Source: Thalia democratica
Taxonomy: Eukaryota
Length of the DNA stretch: 64,000 nt
NCBI GenBank assembly: GCA_965202585.1
Contig: OZ241832.1
Location: forward strand, 2,852,001 to 2,916,000
Direction: 5' to 3'
Part shown: in pieces, positions 15,001 through 30,000 of the stretch
Position numbering within the stretch: the first letter of the stretch is position 1
Layout: each line of letters opens with the position of its first letter
The notes under the pieces: generated by a model
Databases searched by the model: none
What the model was told of the DNA's origin: nothing
Seen by the model: the letters and a program-made list of their open reading frames with translations, nothing else
Position numbers and translations under genes: made by a program

Positions 15001-18000
15001 CGAACCATTTAATTGACCATTACTCAGCTGGTTGTCAAGCACGTGGTTGGCAACGAACACGCGTTGGTGGGGCTGGATGGACTGGGGTGGCGACGGGTCG
15101 CCGGGGGAGAAGTTGATGGGGTCCTGGTGGGGAGGGGAAAACGAGAGGGGATCCCCCGAAGGCGGGGAGAACTGGGAAAGTTCCTGCGAGGTGGGAGGGG
15201 AGAATTGGTCCTGCGGAAGTTGGGGTGAGAAGGACAATTGTTCCGGTGAAAACGCGTCGGACGAGTCATCGTCGAAGGAATCTTCATCGATCTTCTTGTA
15301 CTGAAGTTGACCGTCTGTTTTGATAATAATAAATTATAAAAATAAATAAATTAATTATATAGATTTATGATACAATACTGCTTGACGTTAAATTAATTTA
15401 CAATACTTAATTTAATACTGTTTTGATAATAATAATAAAAAATAATTACGCAGATTTATTATATAATACTGCTTGACGTTAAGTTGAGTAAAATGTCCTA
15501 GAAAGTACAATACTTATTTTTGGATGTTATATTTTATAATTAAAGTTGTTTAAATCAAATAAGTACATTTATGCTGAAGCTGACTGCTTCTTTTGATAAT
15601 TGATGGAATTTGTTAAAATTTGTGTTGTATAATTTTTAAAAGTATTTAATATAATTATACTTTTACCATGCAAGTTAGTTTCTTGACAAAAAGTTAGTAT
15701 TTTCTTTTCTAGTAAAGTAGACTAGGTGATTTAATTGTTATTATTAAGGTTATTAATAAAATTTTATATGGAACACTGAATGAGCTAAAATTGCTAATAA
15801 ATTACATGTTACATAATAAATTTTAAACATGTACCACATTAAACATGTATTTAAATATTTTATCATTTAAGATACAAATCAAATTGTACTTAAAATAAAT
15901 GAAGATAAAAACAACATGGTTTTTCCTTGTAAATGGTTAGATTTGGGAAGATAAAAACTAATTAGTGAAATACTTTAATGTAACTGCTTTTTTAAAGTTA
16001 CTTTAAAACTTTAAACTTTCTCAACTTTGTAATAAATTAGCAAGTTGTAGTTATGTAAAAACGTTAAAAAGATACAAAATTAAGGTTAAATATAAGTTAT
16101 AACTAAAGAGTAATGAAATAACCTTAATTAATTTGTTTTCACCTTTTTTTTTGTAATTTTTCATTCAAGTTAGAATCACTACTAATAAGAACAAACTATC
16201 AAAGTACAATTTATTTCATTGTATGATTTATAATTAGGAAAGAAAATTTGTTACATAGAGACTGAAGCACTCTTGAAAAACTTTTTATTGTCTAATGAGT
16301 GCAAAGCTAATTAGTAGTGTTTTGTAATGATACTACCACAAATTATTGTTTAACAATATATACTTTTTGAAATATAATGTAAGATTTTACTAATCTTTAA
16401 TAGTACAAAGTCTAAAGTTTATTTTATATTGTATAATACTTTATGTTATATCGTTTATTTAATACACAACTTTAATGTTTACGTGTACTTATAACAAAAA
16501 AACTTTTCAAATTAAATTGTTGTTATCTATGTGCTTTATCAATAAGTTTTTCTAAAACTAACCTTTAAAATGCTTAAAATAATTTAAATCAAATTGAAAT
16601 ATCAGATTTTATTGATTATTTGAGCTTAAATCAGAAAACTTAGGCACACATTCTAATTTTCAAAGCAATTTATATTAGATAACATAGAGGTTTGGCAATA
16701 AAGTAAGGAGAGAACACTTATACTTATCATGAGCAAGAATAGTAAAATATAAAAGGAAATATAAAAGTATACTTATTATACAATGGGTATAGTATAACGG
16801 ATATAGTAAGATTTTTAGTTATAAAAAAATGTTGTACTTTAAACTGATATAAAAATCTCAATTGTTTGTTCCACACATTTTTTTAAAGGTTAGTTTAACC
16901 TAACTTATTTTTCTCAAGTTTCAACGCAACTTGGAACTTCTTAAGGTGGTACTAAAAAAATTAACATACCCCCTAAAGTTAAACTACAAAACATTATCAA
17001 TCTTTATATGTATTGAAAGTATTGAGTTTTGTGTACTTTTATCAAAAACAGAAGATATCACGAAAATACTAGAATTCATACAGTTTTATAAGCTTAAGCA
17101 AATCAAATTAAAAAAAATATTCAACAATATGATTTCATAACTTAAACAACAGCACAGTTCATATTTTTAAGTTGTTAAAATTCACATATATAAAGGAATA
17201 CAATCAATTACAAGAAACGAGGTGAAAACAAAATATTGTGTATCTAAGGTGTGTAGTTTTATATTAATGTTAGCAAACATAATACTATACTAAAGTAAAT
17301 ATCAGGACTTATTGTACATAGTATTTTACACTATTCGAACCTGATTTTATATTTTAATTTATTACAGCATTTTTTATTAATTCCGTAGTACATTTAAAAC
17401 ACAAAGTTGTTCAAGCAAACATACTTTCAAGCAAAAAATAATTAAAAAAACTTTACAATGCTAATATTAAATATCTGATACAACTTTTCACATATTTTCA
17501 AACAATAGTTTTTTAATCAATCAATGTTCTAAAAAGATCGTGTTAGAATTTAGAACTAAAGAGTTTTTTAAATGTAGTAAATCTATTAAAGTTGTAAACT
17601 ATTACATTGGTCAGACACCTTACTCAATCAAAACAACAGAAAATTTACAAGTTTAAAATCAATAAATTTTCATTTAATTTTTCATGACTTGAATGACGCG
17701 ATAGATTGTTTATACACAACATTGAAACATATTTTTTATTTATAAAAACACATGTAAGACTACTTGTCTTTAGACAAAATTCCACGTATGACGTAACAAT
17801 ATAAATAAAATTAATTACAGTGGTCCATGAAGTTTTAAATATTTCAGTGAGACTAATTAATCAAACTGTCAGTATTTAAGGTTACATGTTTTTTTTCTGG
17901 TAACTAAATTATCCATATTTTTAGAAAGGTTTACAAGCTTTATAATTATTTAAACTTTCTTTAAGATTAGTTTACATAAGATACTTTTATCTATGATTTT

Positions 18001-21000
18001 AAAGTAAAATTTAAAAAAAGATCACAAAAAAACTTATATTTTTAAAAATTATTTCAAACAGTAAATGCTATATGAAAATCTAATTAAAAATATCTGCAAT
18101 TTAGCAAACAAAAAAGCTTACAAAAAAGACAAACTTAAATGTACAAATTTTTAATAAGATTTGAACAGATAAGCGTGTCTCAATCGATACAAATCAAATT
18201 TTGGCGGCACAAATTTATTGATTTTACGCAAGACAGCTGGTATGACAATAGTTTTGCTGCTAAAAATAAATTAACTATAATATATTCAAAAAATAAATTT
18301 CAACTGTTTCCTTGTGTGATACTTTTGTAAGTTAGAGTTTGTATGGTTTTAACATAGGGCTGTGCACTTTATATTTATGAAAAACTTATTAATAATACGT
18401 ACTTAAATGAAAACTATTTAATATATATAACCATTATACTTAAATAAAAACATGTTTTTTAGATGATATTGTTGTAAGTTAATTAGTTGGTATTGCTTAG
18501 TTATGGGTATATAAGTATTTTATAACTTGATACTTTACAAGGCTAACGATTTACATATTTTTTAAGCTCTTTTTTCAGATAGAATAAATATAAAGTAGAA
18601 GACACATAAAAAGCTGTTTATTTTATAGTGCCATTAAATTTAAAGCAAATTTAATGAACCTTGGAAATTTTAAACGTCTGTTTACATTATCCTTGTTTAA
18701 ATGCCAACGTAAAGAGTTTTTGTTTGAACTAAAACGTAGCTGCTTCTTTTACTATAAATAAATAATTTATCATAAATCAAAAGATCGTTTCGCAGATCAA
18801 ACAAAATTTTGTTTGCTTTCTCAGAAGAATACAAATTCACAAGAAATATTCTACACCTATTTAAAGTTTAGAAAGGAATTTTGATAAAATTAAAATGCAT
18901 GGCATTACTCAAGAGGGAAATGAACTAAACTATCACGAAAATTTCAACTTTAACATTTATTTAAGTTTTATTTTAAAGTAATTATGTTGGATGGAGATAA
19001 AAATAATTTTAGTTAAACATATTCATTCCAAACTATTAATTTTGCTAAAAAATATAGATGCATTTGTTGTCATTTTATACATCTTGATTGATTTCATTTT
19101 CCAAGTTTTGAACGGCTTTTTATTGAAACAAATTTATTAGCATAAGGTTATAAAGAAAAGTAATTGACTGTAATAATTATATGATTACATTTACAATTAT
19201 TTTTTTAAAGTATAATAATTATAACAGTATCCAGCAATTAGATGAACCTTTTTGCCCTACAATAACTCATAAATCGTGAACTGATCATCATATTAAAAAG
19301 TTTAACTTACATTTCAAATGTAATACTGATATAATTGGCATTTGAACACTCTTGTTTTGTTGATGGATATAAATTGTTCTATGTCAGAAATTTATTAAAA
19401 AAATATTATATGTTAGTGAAAACTTTTAATTTGTCAAAATTGTAATTTACTTACCTCTTATATGGGGCAAAAGACATTACATATAAATAAATCTATACAT
19501 ACTTTAATATGTGGTGATAAAAACTTATTTATGTTTCAGTGTTTAGATGTTTTAAAGCTTTAAAATTTTGTTATTAATTTTAATATTTGATAACTCAAAA
19601 ATGTCAGATTATCTCAAAATACTTACTTGTTGTTACTTGCTTATAATGTGTTCATTGTTTATTTATTTGGTTTTTATACAAAAAAACTTTTGTATTTCTA
19701 AATGTAAAATAGCCTGAAAAAAAAAAACATTTAATGCATCAATAATAAAGTTAAAATATTTTGATTAGATTATAAATATGTGAGTTTTTCAAGATTATTT
19801 GTATTTAAAATGATATGTTGCATGTATTAGACCAACAGAATATGGCAAATTTTAATACTTTGATCAAATTTATTTGGATATTTCTAAGAATTTTACCAGA
19901 CAGTTAATTTTAAATGCAAACAAAATATAAACTTGAAATGAAGTAGAAGGAATATTACAAAAATAAAATATTCCTTTTTATTGTTTAAAGAAATTCTTTA
20001 GTTAAACTTGTCTCACTATTTTTATATCTATAATTAAAAATATTTTTTTGTTTCGCAGATTAAACCTCACTTCTTAGTATTTTTTACTTAATATTTAATA
20101 TGAGTCTCAAGAAAGTTTTATTTATTTATTGTATACTAAACTGTTTTATTTACAAAATATTTCAATTAAGTTTAACCAACAAACCATAACTTATGAAAAT
20201 AGTTAACAACATTTAAAATTTTTGTAATTAAAAAACACTTACTGCACAACAAATTGTGGTGCGTACACAAAAACTTTTTATCATAATTAAATTCACAAAA
20301 GCATTTAACTAAGTGAAAAGTCAATAAAATCAACTTTGTTTTAAACTGCACTAAAGTTCATCTTTAAATAGTTAATGAAGTGAAAAATTCATGAACTTTT
20401 AAAAATATAAATCATTATTAACAGACTTCTCAAACAATACACACAACAAAACCCATTGTGTTTTAATGTAAACAGAGTGTTTGTTTAACAAAAAAATTTT
20501 CATTAGTGCAAGTGAAAACTTTCAAAGTTTAATGTAAACAAGTTTTGCAATTGAAATTGATTTGTGGTAAGTTGTCTGTGAGAAAAATTTGTTTTTAAAA
20601 ACTAACACGTGTTCTAGGTCGGTTGTTTAAACTCATTTAGCTACCGAGATGTTCTTAATTACAAGAAGTATATACTCTTCAAGTTGAACCTTTTATAATG
20701 ATAAAACTTTTGAATTACCTGTAAACTTTTTGAAAAACTCATAAACTTCTACAACCTTTGGTTTATTTTCTATTTTTACTTAACAATCAATTTGGATATA
20801 AATATTTAAAAAAGTTTAAGTTGCCTGAAATAAACTACTAACAAAGAAGTACTCAATTTATAAGCCTAAACTTTACTTTTAGTTTTATTTAAGTTTAGTG
20901 TATGCAATTTCCTGGTTATAGAAAAATATATTTACATTTACTGCCATAGGAATAAACTTTAAGTTTTTATTTTTACAATTTTGTTTATTTTGATAACACT

Positions 21001-24000
21001 TAAGTATAAACTGTTTACTAAACAAGTTGCTGTTAATTAAAGCTAAAATTTTCTAGAAATTTTAGTTTTTGGAAAGTTTCAAACTAGCAGTTTTTCGCCA
21101 AACTATGCTTTTTTAGCAGTTATTAGAAGATAAATTCAACTTTCCCCCATACAAACTTATTGCAAATATTTTAAATGCAAGCATAATGCTTCATACATAC
21201 ATAGAGTGACGTATTTTGTCTAATACCAAATTATAACACCATACTGTAGCGTATGTCATTTTATATGCGTTTCAAATATTATTTAATATTTGATGCATTT
21301 TAAATACTATTTAAATTTTGCTGTATCTTAAATATTATTTAATTTTTTAATGAATTCAAAATGTTAGTTTATTATTTGATGCTTAATTTTTGGTACTCAA
21401 TATGCTGGAAAAAAAAATCAATAAAATTGCTTGAAATTATTTTGTAAAATGTTGGCAATGTACATATGTTGCAAATTGTATTGATAAAAAAGTACAAATA
21501 TTTTAACATATTTTATACCTTTTATACTAACATATTAAATTTTAGCTTTTAATTTTTTTTCCATAACTGAAACAATTAAGTAAAGTTTAAGATAAACTAT
21601 CATAAGTATAAGATATCTAAGTATAAAACTATAAAAATGTTATAACAAAAAAAAAACGCATTGACTTATTAAACACAAATAATTTTGTTCTTGTAATACT
21701 TAAAATGATTGACTTGCAATAAATTGTGTGAAATTTTCTAGCACACAACTTTTTCATGACAGCTTTGAAATGTCAGAATTAAAATCACGCCGGCTAATTT
21801 AAAAACTAGAGAAACACTAGAAATAATTGCCAGGATAAAAATAGCATAATAGCTAGAATTTAAAAATTTTGTGCGCTGAGTAGTTATAACTCGAACTTAA
21901 TCACGCGTAAAATACTTGTGAGTTTCAGATAACAAATATTTGAGAAATATTTTGAATTTCAAGCAGATGAACAATAAGATCAGTGAAAATATTCATTTCG
22001 AGTTTCGGCTGGCCGACTTGATTTATTTGACAAGAGTTTTTATTTCTAGAAATTTTAAGTTTTGAATAGTTGTATTAGTCTGAACTGTGTCTCATAATAT
22101 GAAAGTTAAAATATTTTTTTTAAGAATAATTTAAATAACAATTATTATACTTGTATGATTATTTTTAAATAAATAAACTTTAATTTTATAACCCTTTGTT
22201 TAATTTTTAATTTTTTATATCTTAAAAGTAATTTTTTTTAACAAAATACTCAATGTATTACCAATAATCAAGAAAACAATAAAAAAAGTATTAGTATATG
22301 GATAAAAAATTAACTTAATTTAAGTATGAATGTAAAAAAAACTTAAAACTAATCAAAACTTAACTTTTAAACTTATTTTTAATCAACCAAAAATTTAACA
22401 AGTGCAGTTTTACATTAAACTTTTGTATATATTTATAAGAATCAAAGAGACTAGTACTTTACAGCAGCAGACAAGCAACTTTAAAGAACTAGCATTGTAT
22501 AGCAAGTAGTATAGCGACGTTAGAAGTATTTCAATTAATCATTCAAACAGTGAGGAGAAAATAGTTCTCAAGTGTTTCACATTGCAGAGAAGTATCTCTA
22601 TTCAAATACTCGCTATAAAGTATCTACCAATAAGATATGATGTGCTTTCTCTAATATAAACTTTGTGTATATTTAGTGAAAATTTCTCAAAATAACTCGA
22701 TACTTTTGACTAGTAAGCGAAATAGTATGTTTATTTTATTTATACACAGTTTTAATAAAGATTTTTACTTAAATACCTGAGTTTGAAATATTTCTTAGTA
22801 TAAACTTAGTACTATATAAAGCCCACTATAAAGTAAACTTTATATTTTTTTGTGCTATGTCTAATATAAGCACTTTATAATTGTATGATTAGTGAAACTT
22901 TCTCAAAAAAACCTAAATATTTTTAACTAGTAAGTACAATACTATGTTTGAATACTACATATATTTTTTAAACCGTGAATTTTTTTAATTACTTGATTTC
23001 AAATATGTCTTAGTACAAACTTTATTGGTGATAAGTGTTATCTTTATTGCGCTAAAACTATTTAAAACTATTTCATTAGCAGGATTTTTTCTTAAAATAA
23101 CTCAATACCTTGACCAGTAACTCAACTATTTCAAGTTTTTAAAGGTGATCAATAATTTCTATTCTCGGTGATAATTTTGTCCTAGTTTTAAAACTTTGTC
23201 TTTTCTTAATATAACCTATTAAACTATGGCGAACTCTAAAACAATTTATTTGAAAAAATAAGAATATGAACTAGTTTAATTCTTTAAGATTAAATTAGGT
23301 ATTGTACATCATTAATATAAACTAAATAGTTCAGTTTAATTGATTATTAATAAATTTAACAACATTTTATCTAAAAAAAAATTATGTTATTTAAAAGTAA
23401 TTACTATCTGTTATTGTAAAGTTTGTTGAAGTAAATGATAACAAATAAAGTTAATACTATAAAATTTTATAGTTTGTTAAGAATCTTATAAATAAAAGTT
23501 TTAAATTCATTAAGTAAGCTTAGAGTTTAAGATGTAAATTTACTATTGGAACACTGTTCAAATAACTAATTAAATAATAAAACCATAACTAATAAATTTG
23601 CATCTATAGTTTGAAATGTGTAAATTAAACAAGCAATCAACAAATAATTTTTTATTTTATTGTTACTGATAGGAATTAATATATGTTATAAAACTAAACA
23701 TATTTAAGTATTATTTTAATCAGCCTGATTTAAAAATACAAATCAACTCACTTCACTAAAGTTTAATAAAACAATGTCCTCTACAACTTTACTGTTTTAA
23801 CGAAATTTTAAGTTTATTAATTTGAAAAGTAAAATACTGAAAATTTACTTAATTATTTTTTGTCTATTGACATATCACGAAACTTACACGAGTTTTATTT
23901 CAGGAATAAAATAACTTAAAAAGAACAATAAGTTACTTGAAGAATATTTAAAAGATTATAATCATATAATATTAGTTTAAAGGTTATCTAGATTCGGTGT

Positions 24001-27000
24001 CGTTAGAGTATTAGTGAAATTGAATTATCACATTACAGGTACTTAAGAGTACAACTTAATTTTATTATGGTGTATTAATAGGATGTTACAAAAATACATT
24101 ACAAAACTTGTTTCATTAAATAAAATTAAAGATTATTATAGGTTGTATTAAAATTGTTAAAGTAATTTTATATTAATCTCTATAATATATAACAAATGTC
24201 TTATGTTGCACTTGTTTAACATATTATCTAATATTAAAATATATTTTAAAAGATCAAGTAATAAATAAGCTTAATATTATTAATAAGTTGATTTGATTAG
24301 TTTGGTTTTTAAACTTTCTTTAATACTAATTTACATAAGTACCCAAATAAATTGTTTTCAAACACTTGTATTTTTAACAAAACGAAAGTGTTCAAAAAAA
24401 AGTTACATGATCGAAAAAAAATTACAAGATTGAATATTTTTATCATATCTACAAAAAACCTTTTAAACAACTATCTTTTAAAACTAAAGCATCGATGCAA
24501 GACAAAAGGTAAAATGAAATGAAATTATTATTTTAAAAAGAAGACATCTCAATGCAATTTAGAGACAATAAATTTGATTGGGTGTCAGCTTTTTTGTTTA
24601 CATAAAACACAGAATGAGACCATGTGTTAAGCTGTATTGTTAGAAAACATTTTGTGCAAAAGTTTTAAAAATATATTTTTTATTAACCTTTCTTCGGGTC
24701 TACCTAGGTTTTGAGAAAATATTAATCAATTTTAAATTGTTTCTTTGTTAAACTTGTGGTTCTTATTCAAGTTTTTACTGTTTTTTGTTGAAAAACTTCT
24801 GTATTCTCAAGAACATGTCATTTAAAAAAATAATTAACTTTTTGATTAATTTTCATGCATTTAAGTTAGATTTTTTGAATAATTAGAAAACTATAATCTT
24901 AGAAAATTCTAACTTTATGTAGCAAACTTTGTGGTATTTGTATTTTTTATATCTAAGTTTAAAATACATGTTTAAAAAAAGCTGCATTGTTACAAAAATA
25001 AATGTTGATAAAACTTCTAAAAATAGCTTTTTTTGTTATTTTTTCATAAGCAAAACCTTATCTTTTTGACAAATTAGAATATATTTTTGGTGGTTTAAAA
25101 GACTAAACTTTTACAAGGCGTAGAAATAGTCCATCATTTTCCGGTGAAGTTTTTGTGTAAACAACTTTATTGTCACTTTTTTAATGATGATTAAAAAGAA
25201 TTTTATTCAAATGAAAAAGTAACATACTATTGTGTCTTGAAACTTGTGTAATTCAAAAGCAAATTTTCTGCTTAAAAGTTCAGGAGCAGTAAATCAATTT
25301 TACTTTAAATGAAATAAAAACTACATGAGTTACAGAGTGGTTTAGCTTAAACAAATAATTGTTAAACTAATAGTTTACATAGAAATTAATTAATGAAATA
25401 TATACGAGTTTGAAAAACGGTTAAAAACATTAATATGAATATCACTTAGTGTTTTACTTTTAGCATCAGAACTAAAAGCTGAATATTTTAAATGTAAAAT
25501 GAGAAGTTTACACTGAAAAAAAATAATGATGACGTTTTAAGATATTTTCAATACATAGCATACTTCTACAAAATTATGAATTTTATAATTTATATAAAAA
25601 AGTTTATGAAATATAAACTTTTGAATTGTGAGTCAAAGTACTCGAACTACTTAAGATTATTTTACAAATCTTTTAAACTATGAGATTTTCTTGAGTGCCT
25701 TTTAATGGTTTTAATGGATTTATCATTGAGATTAATGTTTGAATGTGCTATAAACATTTTTTTAAATTCTTATATAAGTTTTGTATTAAAAGTGAAATAT
25801 TGGAAGATTAAAAATAATTTCAAACCTAATAGATTTTTTAAAGGGTTTGGAAATAAATAAAAATCTTTTATAAAGGTTCTTATAAAAAAACTAATTTTGT
25901 TTTGAAACTTAGTTGTGGTTTATTTTTGATAATTGTTATAAGTATTCTTTGATATATTTGTGTATTTATTCTAAAGGCTTAAAGTAAGATTTATATACTA
26001 AATAAAAACATTCATTTTTTATGTTTAGAAACAATTTGAAAAAATAGTTTGAGAACATCTTTGTTTATATCAACTATAATTAGTTTATTAATGAAATGTT
26101 AAAAATATTTTCCTATGTTTAGTATTACTTAACTTTCAAAGAACAACTTTACAGGTCACGTTTCTAGGAAAAAATTAAAAATAATGTGTAATCTTCTCAG
26201 GAATATCTGATTCAAATACTTGATAAATACACTTTGAGATTTAATAAATGTCGTCAGGGACATTAATAATTTCTTATGTAATTTTGAAATACTTTTATCG
26301 GTTTTACAACCTTTAAAATAATACAATGGAATTTAAAAAATGTTTTGAAAATAAATATTAACAAACATTTCTACAATTTTATTAAGTTTTGATTTAAATA
26401 GTCTTTTTAGTAACTTGTATTTTAAGTAAAGAAAATATTGTAAGTTACTTTTTGTTGACTTATAGTTAAATACTATATATAAGTTGTTTATTTATCTTTT
26501 TTGTAACAGATGTCTAAAACTCATCAAAAAGAATATTTTTTGTAAAGAATGTAAAAATTAAACTTTAGGAAGTCATCAATCAGAATTTAAATGACTGAGG
26601 GTTTGAATTAAACTTTGTAACAGAAAAAACACAACATTTAACAATAAATTTCAACAACAACTAAGCGGGAATTTAAACATATTTTGAAATTTATAAAAAA
26701 ACCTTTTCAACACTATAGTTCAGAAACTACATATTTGCATCAAAAAATCTTAAATACTTTAAATAGTGTTTTTTACCGTAATATATACGAACTTTAAACT
26801 ACTAATACTTATATTTACTTTACTTTAAAAATATTATGTTTTAAACCGTGAGCCATGTTCAACAAAGTGTTTACAGTGAACATATATGAGCCGGTATATA
26901 TATAAACAATATTTTGACAGGATATTTCTGCTTGTTTTCACATTTTTAAATTTACGTAAATTATCATGGTTGATAATAAATAATAATATTGTTGAAAATA

Positions 27001-30000
27001 CTGTTTCAGTTGAATATAAACAAATTTTTACAAACTACTTTCCTGCTATATAAAACATCAGAAACATATTATTTTTGGATATTTTATTATAAACTATTTT
27101 CTTCAAATAAAACAACCAACTTCTCAGTATAGCTTGCATACTATTAGTAATTTTTTCAAATAATTTTTAGTTATACTGCGTTTTATTAATCGTTATTTCC
27201 GAGCAAAACAACCAACTTCTCAATTCTTTCTGAATATTATAAGCTTTTTCAAATTACTTTTTTTGAGATACTTACTAAATAAATCATAAATACTATTCTT
27301 GCTTATGCTCCGTTTTATCAATTTTTAATCAAACAATCAACCTCTGAGTGCATTCTGAATATTGTCAGCATTTTTTAAAATACTTTTTTTTATTATTATT
27401 TATTATTTTCAAACAAAACACAAACCTCTAAGCGCATTCTGAATATTATCGGCATTTTAAAAATAGTTTTTTTTTAATAATTAATCAAACAAAACAACAA
27501 ACCTCTGAGTGCATTCTGAATGTTGTCAGCGGGGATGATTTTCTTTTCAACAAGTTCAATGACGCCAGGTCTGCACTGAATCTTCTCGTTGAGGTCGTCT
27601 ACCAGCTTGGCTTTCTTCAGACATTTCTGGTTGGCCACTATCGAGCTTGCCACGTCAGTTTCTGTTGATAAAATTAACTATTATTATCTTGTACTTAGCT
27701 TTCTTATATGTCATATAACTCTATATCATATGTCCGTCTCTGTTGATAATATAAAGTACTATTATGTTGTACTCAGTTTTCTAATAAAACTGTTGAATTT
27801 TCTACATATGTTTCTATTACCACAGATGTTTTTGTGTCAAAACTTTATTCTGACTAAAGGCGTTTCACTGCTCTCAAATAAATTTAAGAACTTATTTTTT
27901 TATTAATAAATTAAGATAAGTATAGTGGTTTGTTTTTAAAAATTTTAATTAATTTTACTTGTATTACTTGCATTTATTGATTTTATATGTCTGTTAAAAT
28001 GTTATTAACAAAATCAATAAAGTTTTTACAAATGTTAAGGATGTTTTATTTATTGAAATAAATATGTTTGTGTTTCTTGGTAGTTTTTGTGACATGTGTT
28101 TTAATTTATTCTTAACTAAAATATCGTCTAAGTTTATTTTTTATCATAACAAACCATTAAACAAATTAATTAAAAGTAAAAATTTATGTTGAAAAATTAC
28201 ACAGAAAACATAACATGTGTGGTATTTGAAAAAAATACTACTCTATATCTATTTTTATTGATAAATTATTTTCAGAGGATGCTTTTTATTTTTGTTAGAA
28301 CATAAATTAAACACAAATTATTAGTGCATATGCTCTAACAACTATTGAAATAAATTATATTTATATTTTTACATATGGTGCAACAAACTCGTAAATAAAA
28401 TTTTTTTTTTGACCAGTTTAATTTTCAAAACTAACTTTATAAAAATAAACCTCTTCCTACAGGAAAAAATAGAAAGACATCTGGCATATATTCTTAGATA
28501 ACTATTATTTATACGTTTGGAAATTATTTTAAAAACTTTGAAGTAAGTTTTTTTTAAATTTACTATCTCTATCAAACAAATATATTCAGAATTAAATTTG
28601 GGAGCAATTTGATAATGACAACTTTTTTTATTTAGAAAACTATATTGATGATATTTTACTGTTTTTTTTTTTTAGTTTTACAAACCAAGTTAATTTTGTA
28701 AAAATATATCTACTTGAACAAAATAATATATAATATAAATTGCTAATAACAACAAACTTCCAGTATATGTTTGTCGACGAGATACTGCTTTCAATAAAAA
28801 TATAAACATAAACAAAAAAAAATTTAATAAAAAAAAATTAAAATCCAAAAACCTTCCAGTATATGTTTGTCGACGAGATACTGCCTACCAGGTCTTCTCT
28901 GAATCGCTTTATTCAATTTGTCTTCAGCCATCTTTCTACTCAGTTGCTGCATCTGCATGTAGTGCTTGCCGGGTACACTTAAAGCTGTGAAGAATTAATT
29001 AATAACAATACTGTATATTAATATCAGAGCTTTTAATTTTTTTCAGTTGATTGTTAATATAATGCTTCCCTGGCACACTTAATGCTTTGAAAAAATTATT
29101 AACAAATATTTAGATGAAGTTTAAAATAAAATAAACTTAAATACTGTAACATTTTTAATATCTACTTAATCTTTATGCATAGTTCTTGCATATGCATTTA
29201 ATTGTAAAGAACAAACTAAATAATTATTACCCAGAATTTTTTACCACTTCTGAACTATTAAGAACATAGAAAAGGTTACATTTAATTAGCTTCTATTTCA
29301 ATACTAATTAGCTAATTTGTGTAACAATTTTTAAACAAGTTGTTTAAATTTCATATGGAATTTTTACAAGGTACATAAATGCTGGAAAATTTGTTACAAA
29401 ACTAATTATGTTAGATGTTATCAAATTAACTGAATACTGATTGGTGATTAGCTAAATTGCTTTTTAATAATTTGTTTAAATTTAAAAACTATCCAACATT
29501 AAGTTTACATTTAAAAAACTTTAATAAAACTACTTTTTGCTTTAATTACAAACAAATGAATTTATTAAACTCTAAAATAAAATTTGGTTTATGATATTCT
29601 ATTTACTTATTGAAAATTTTTAATACATTAAAAAACTGTGTAAGGTTCAGTTTCAGTAGTATTACAAATAAACTAAAGTTTTCTGGTAAAAGTTAAAATG
29701 TTTTTATCCTAATCATAAACCGCTCTAAAGGTAGAAAGATTCTTTCTAAAAGTTATGAGTTGATTTTTCTTTTGTCTGGAAGTTAACTAAATGGATGCAG
29801 CTAAACTAAAAATTAAAACTTAAAGCTTTGTGCCATATTTGAAATGAAAGTTATTTTCATTAAAAACAGAAACTTAAAGGCAAATAATAACACAACAAAT
29901 AATGAAAATATAACAGCTAAAGAAAGTATAACTTTACTAAGTAATCTTTGTATACTATGATAAGTACAACATTTTTAGTAATTAATACAAGTTTATCTCA

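Noticed and set aside
14911-15304. Overlapping ORFs 15013+, 15024-, 15032+
   Set aside because: Shadows of the GC-rich MRTF exon 5; only the 14911-15237 frame is the real one, and it is bounded by splice sites.
24500-24670. Possible THAP-domain relic (...IVRKHF...)
   Set aside because: Needs frameshifts and lacks the key Cys residues; too weak.
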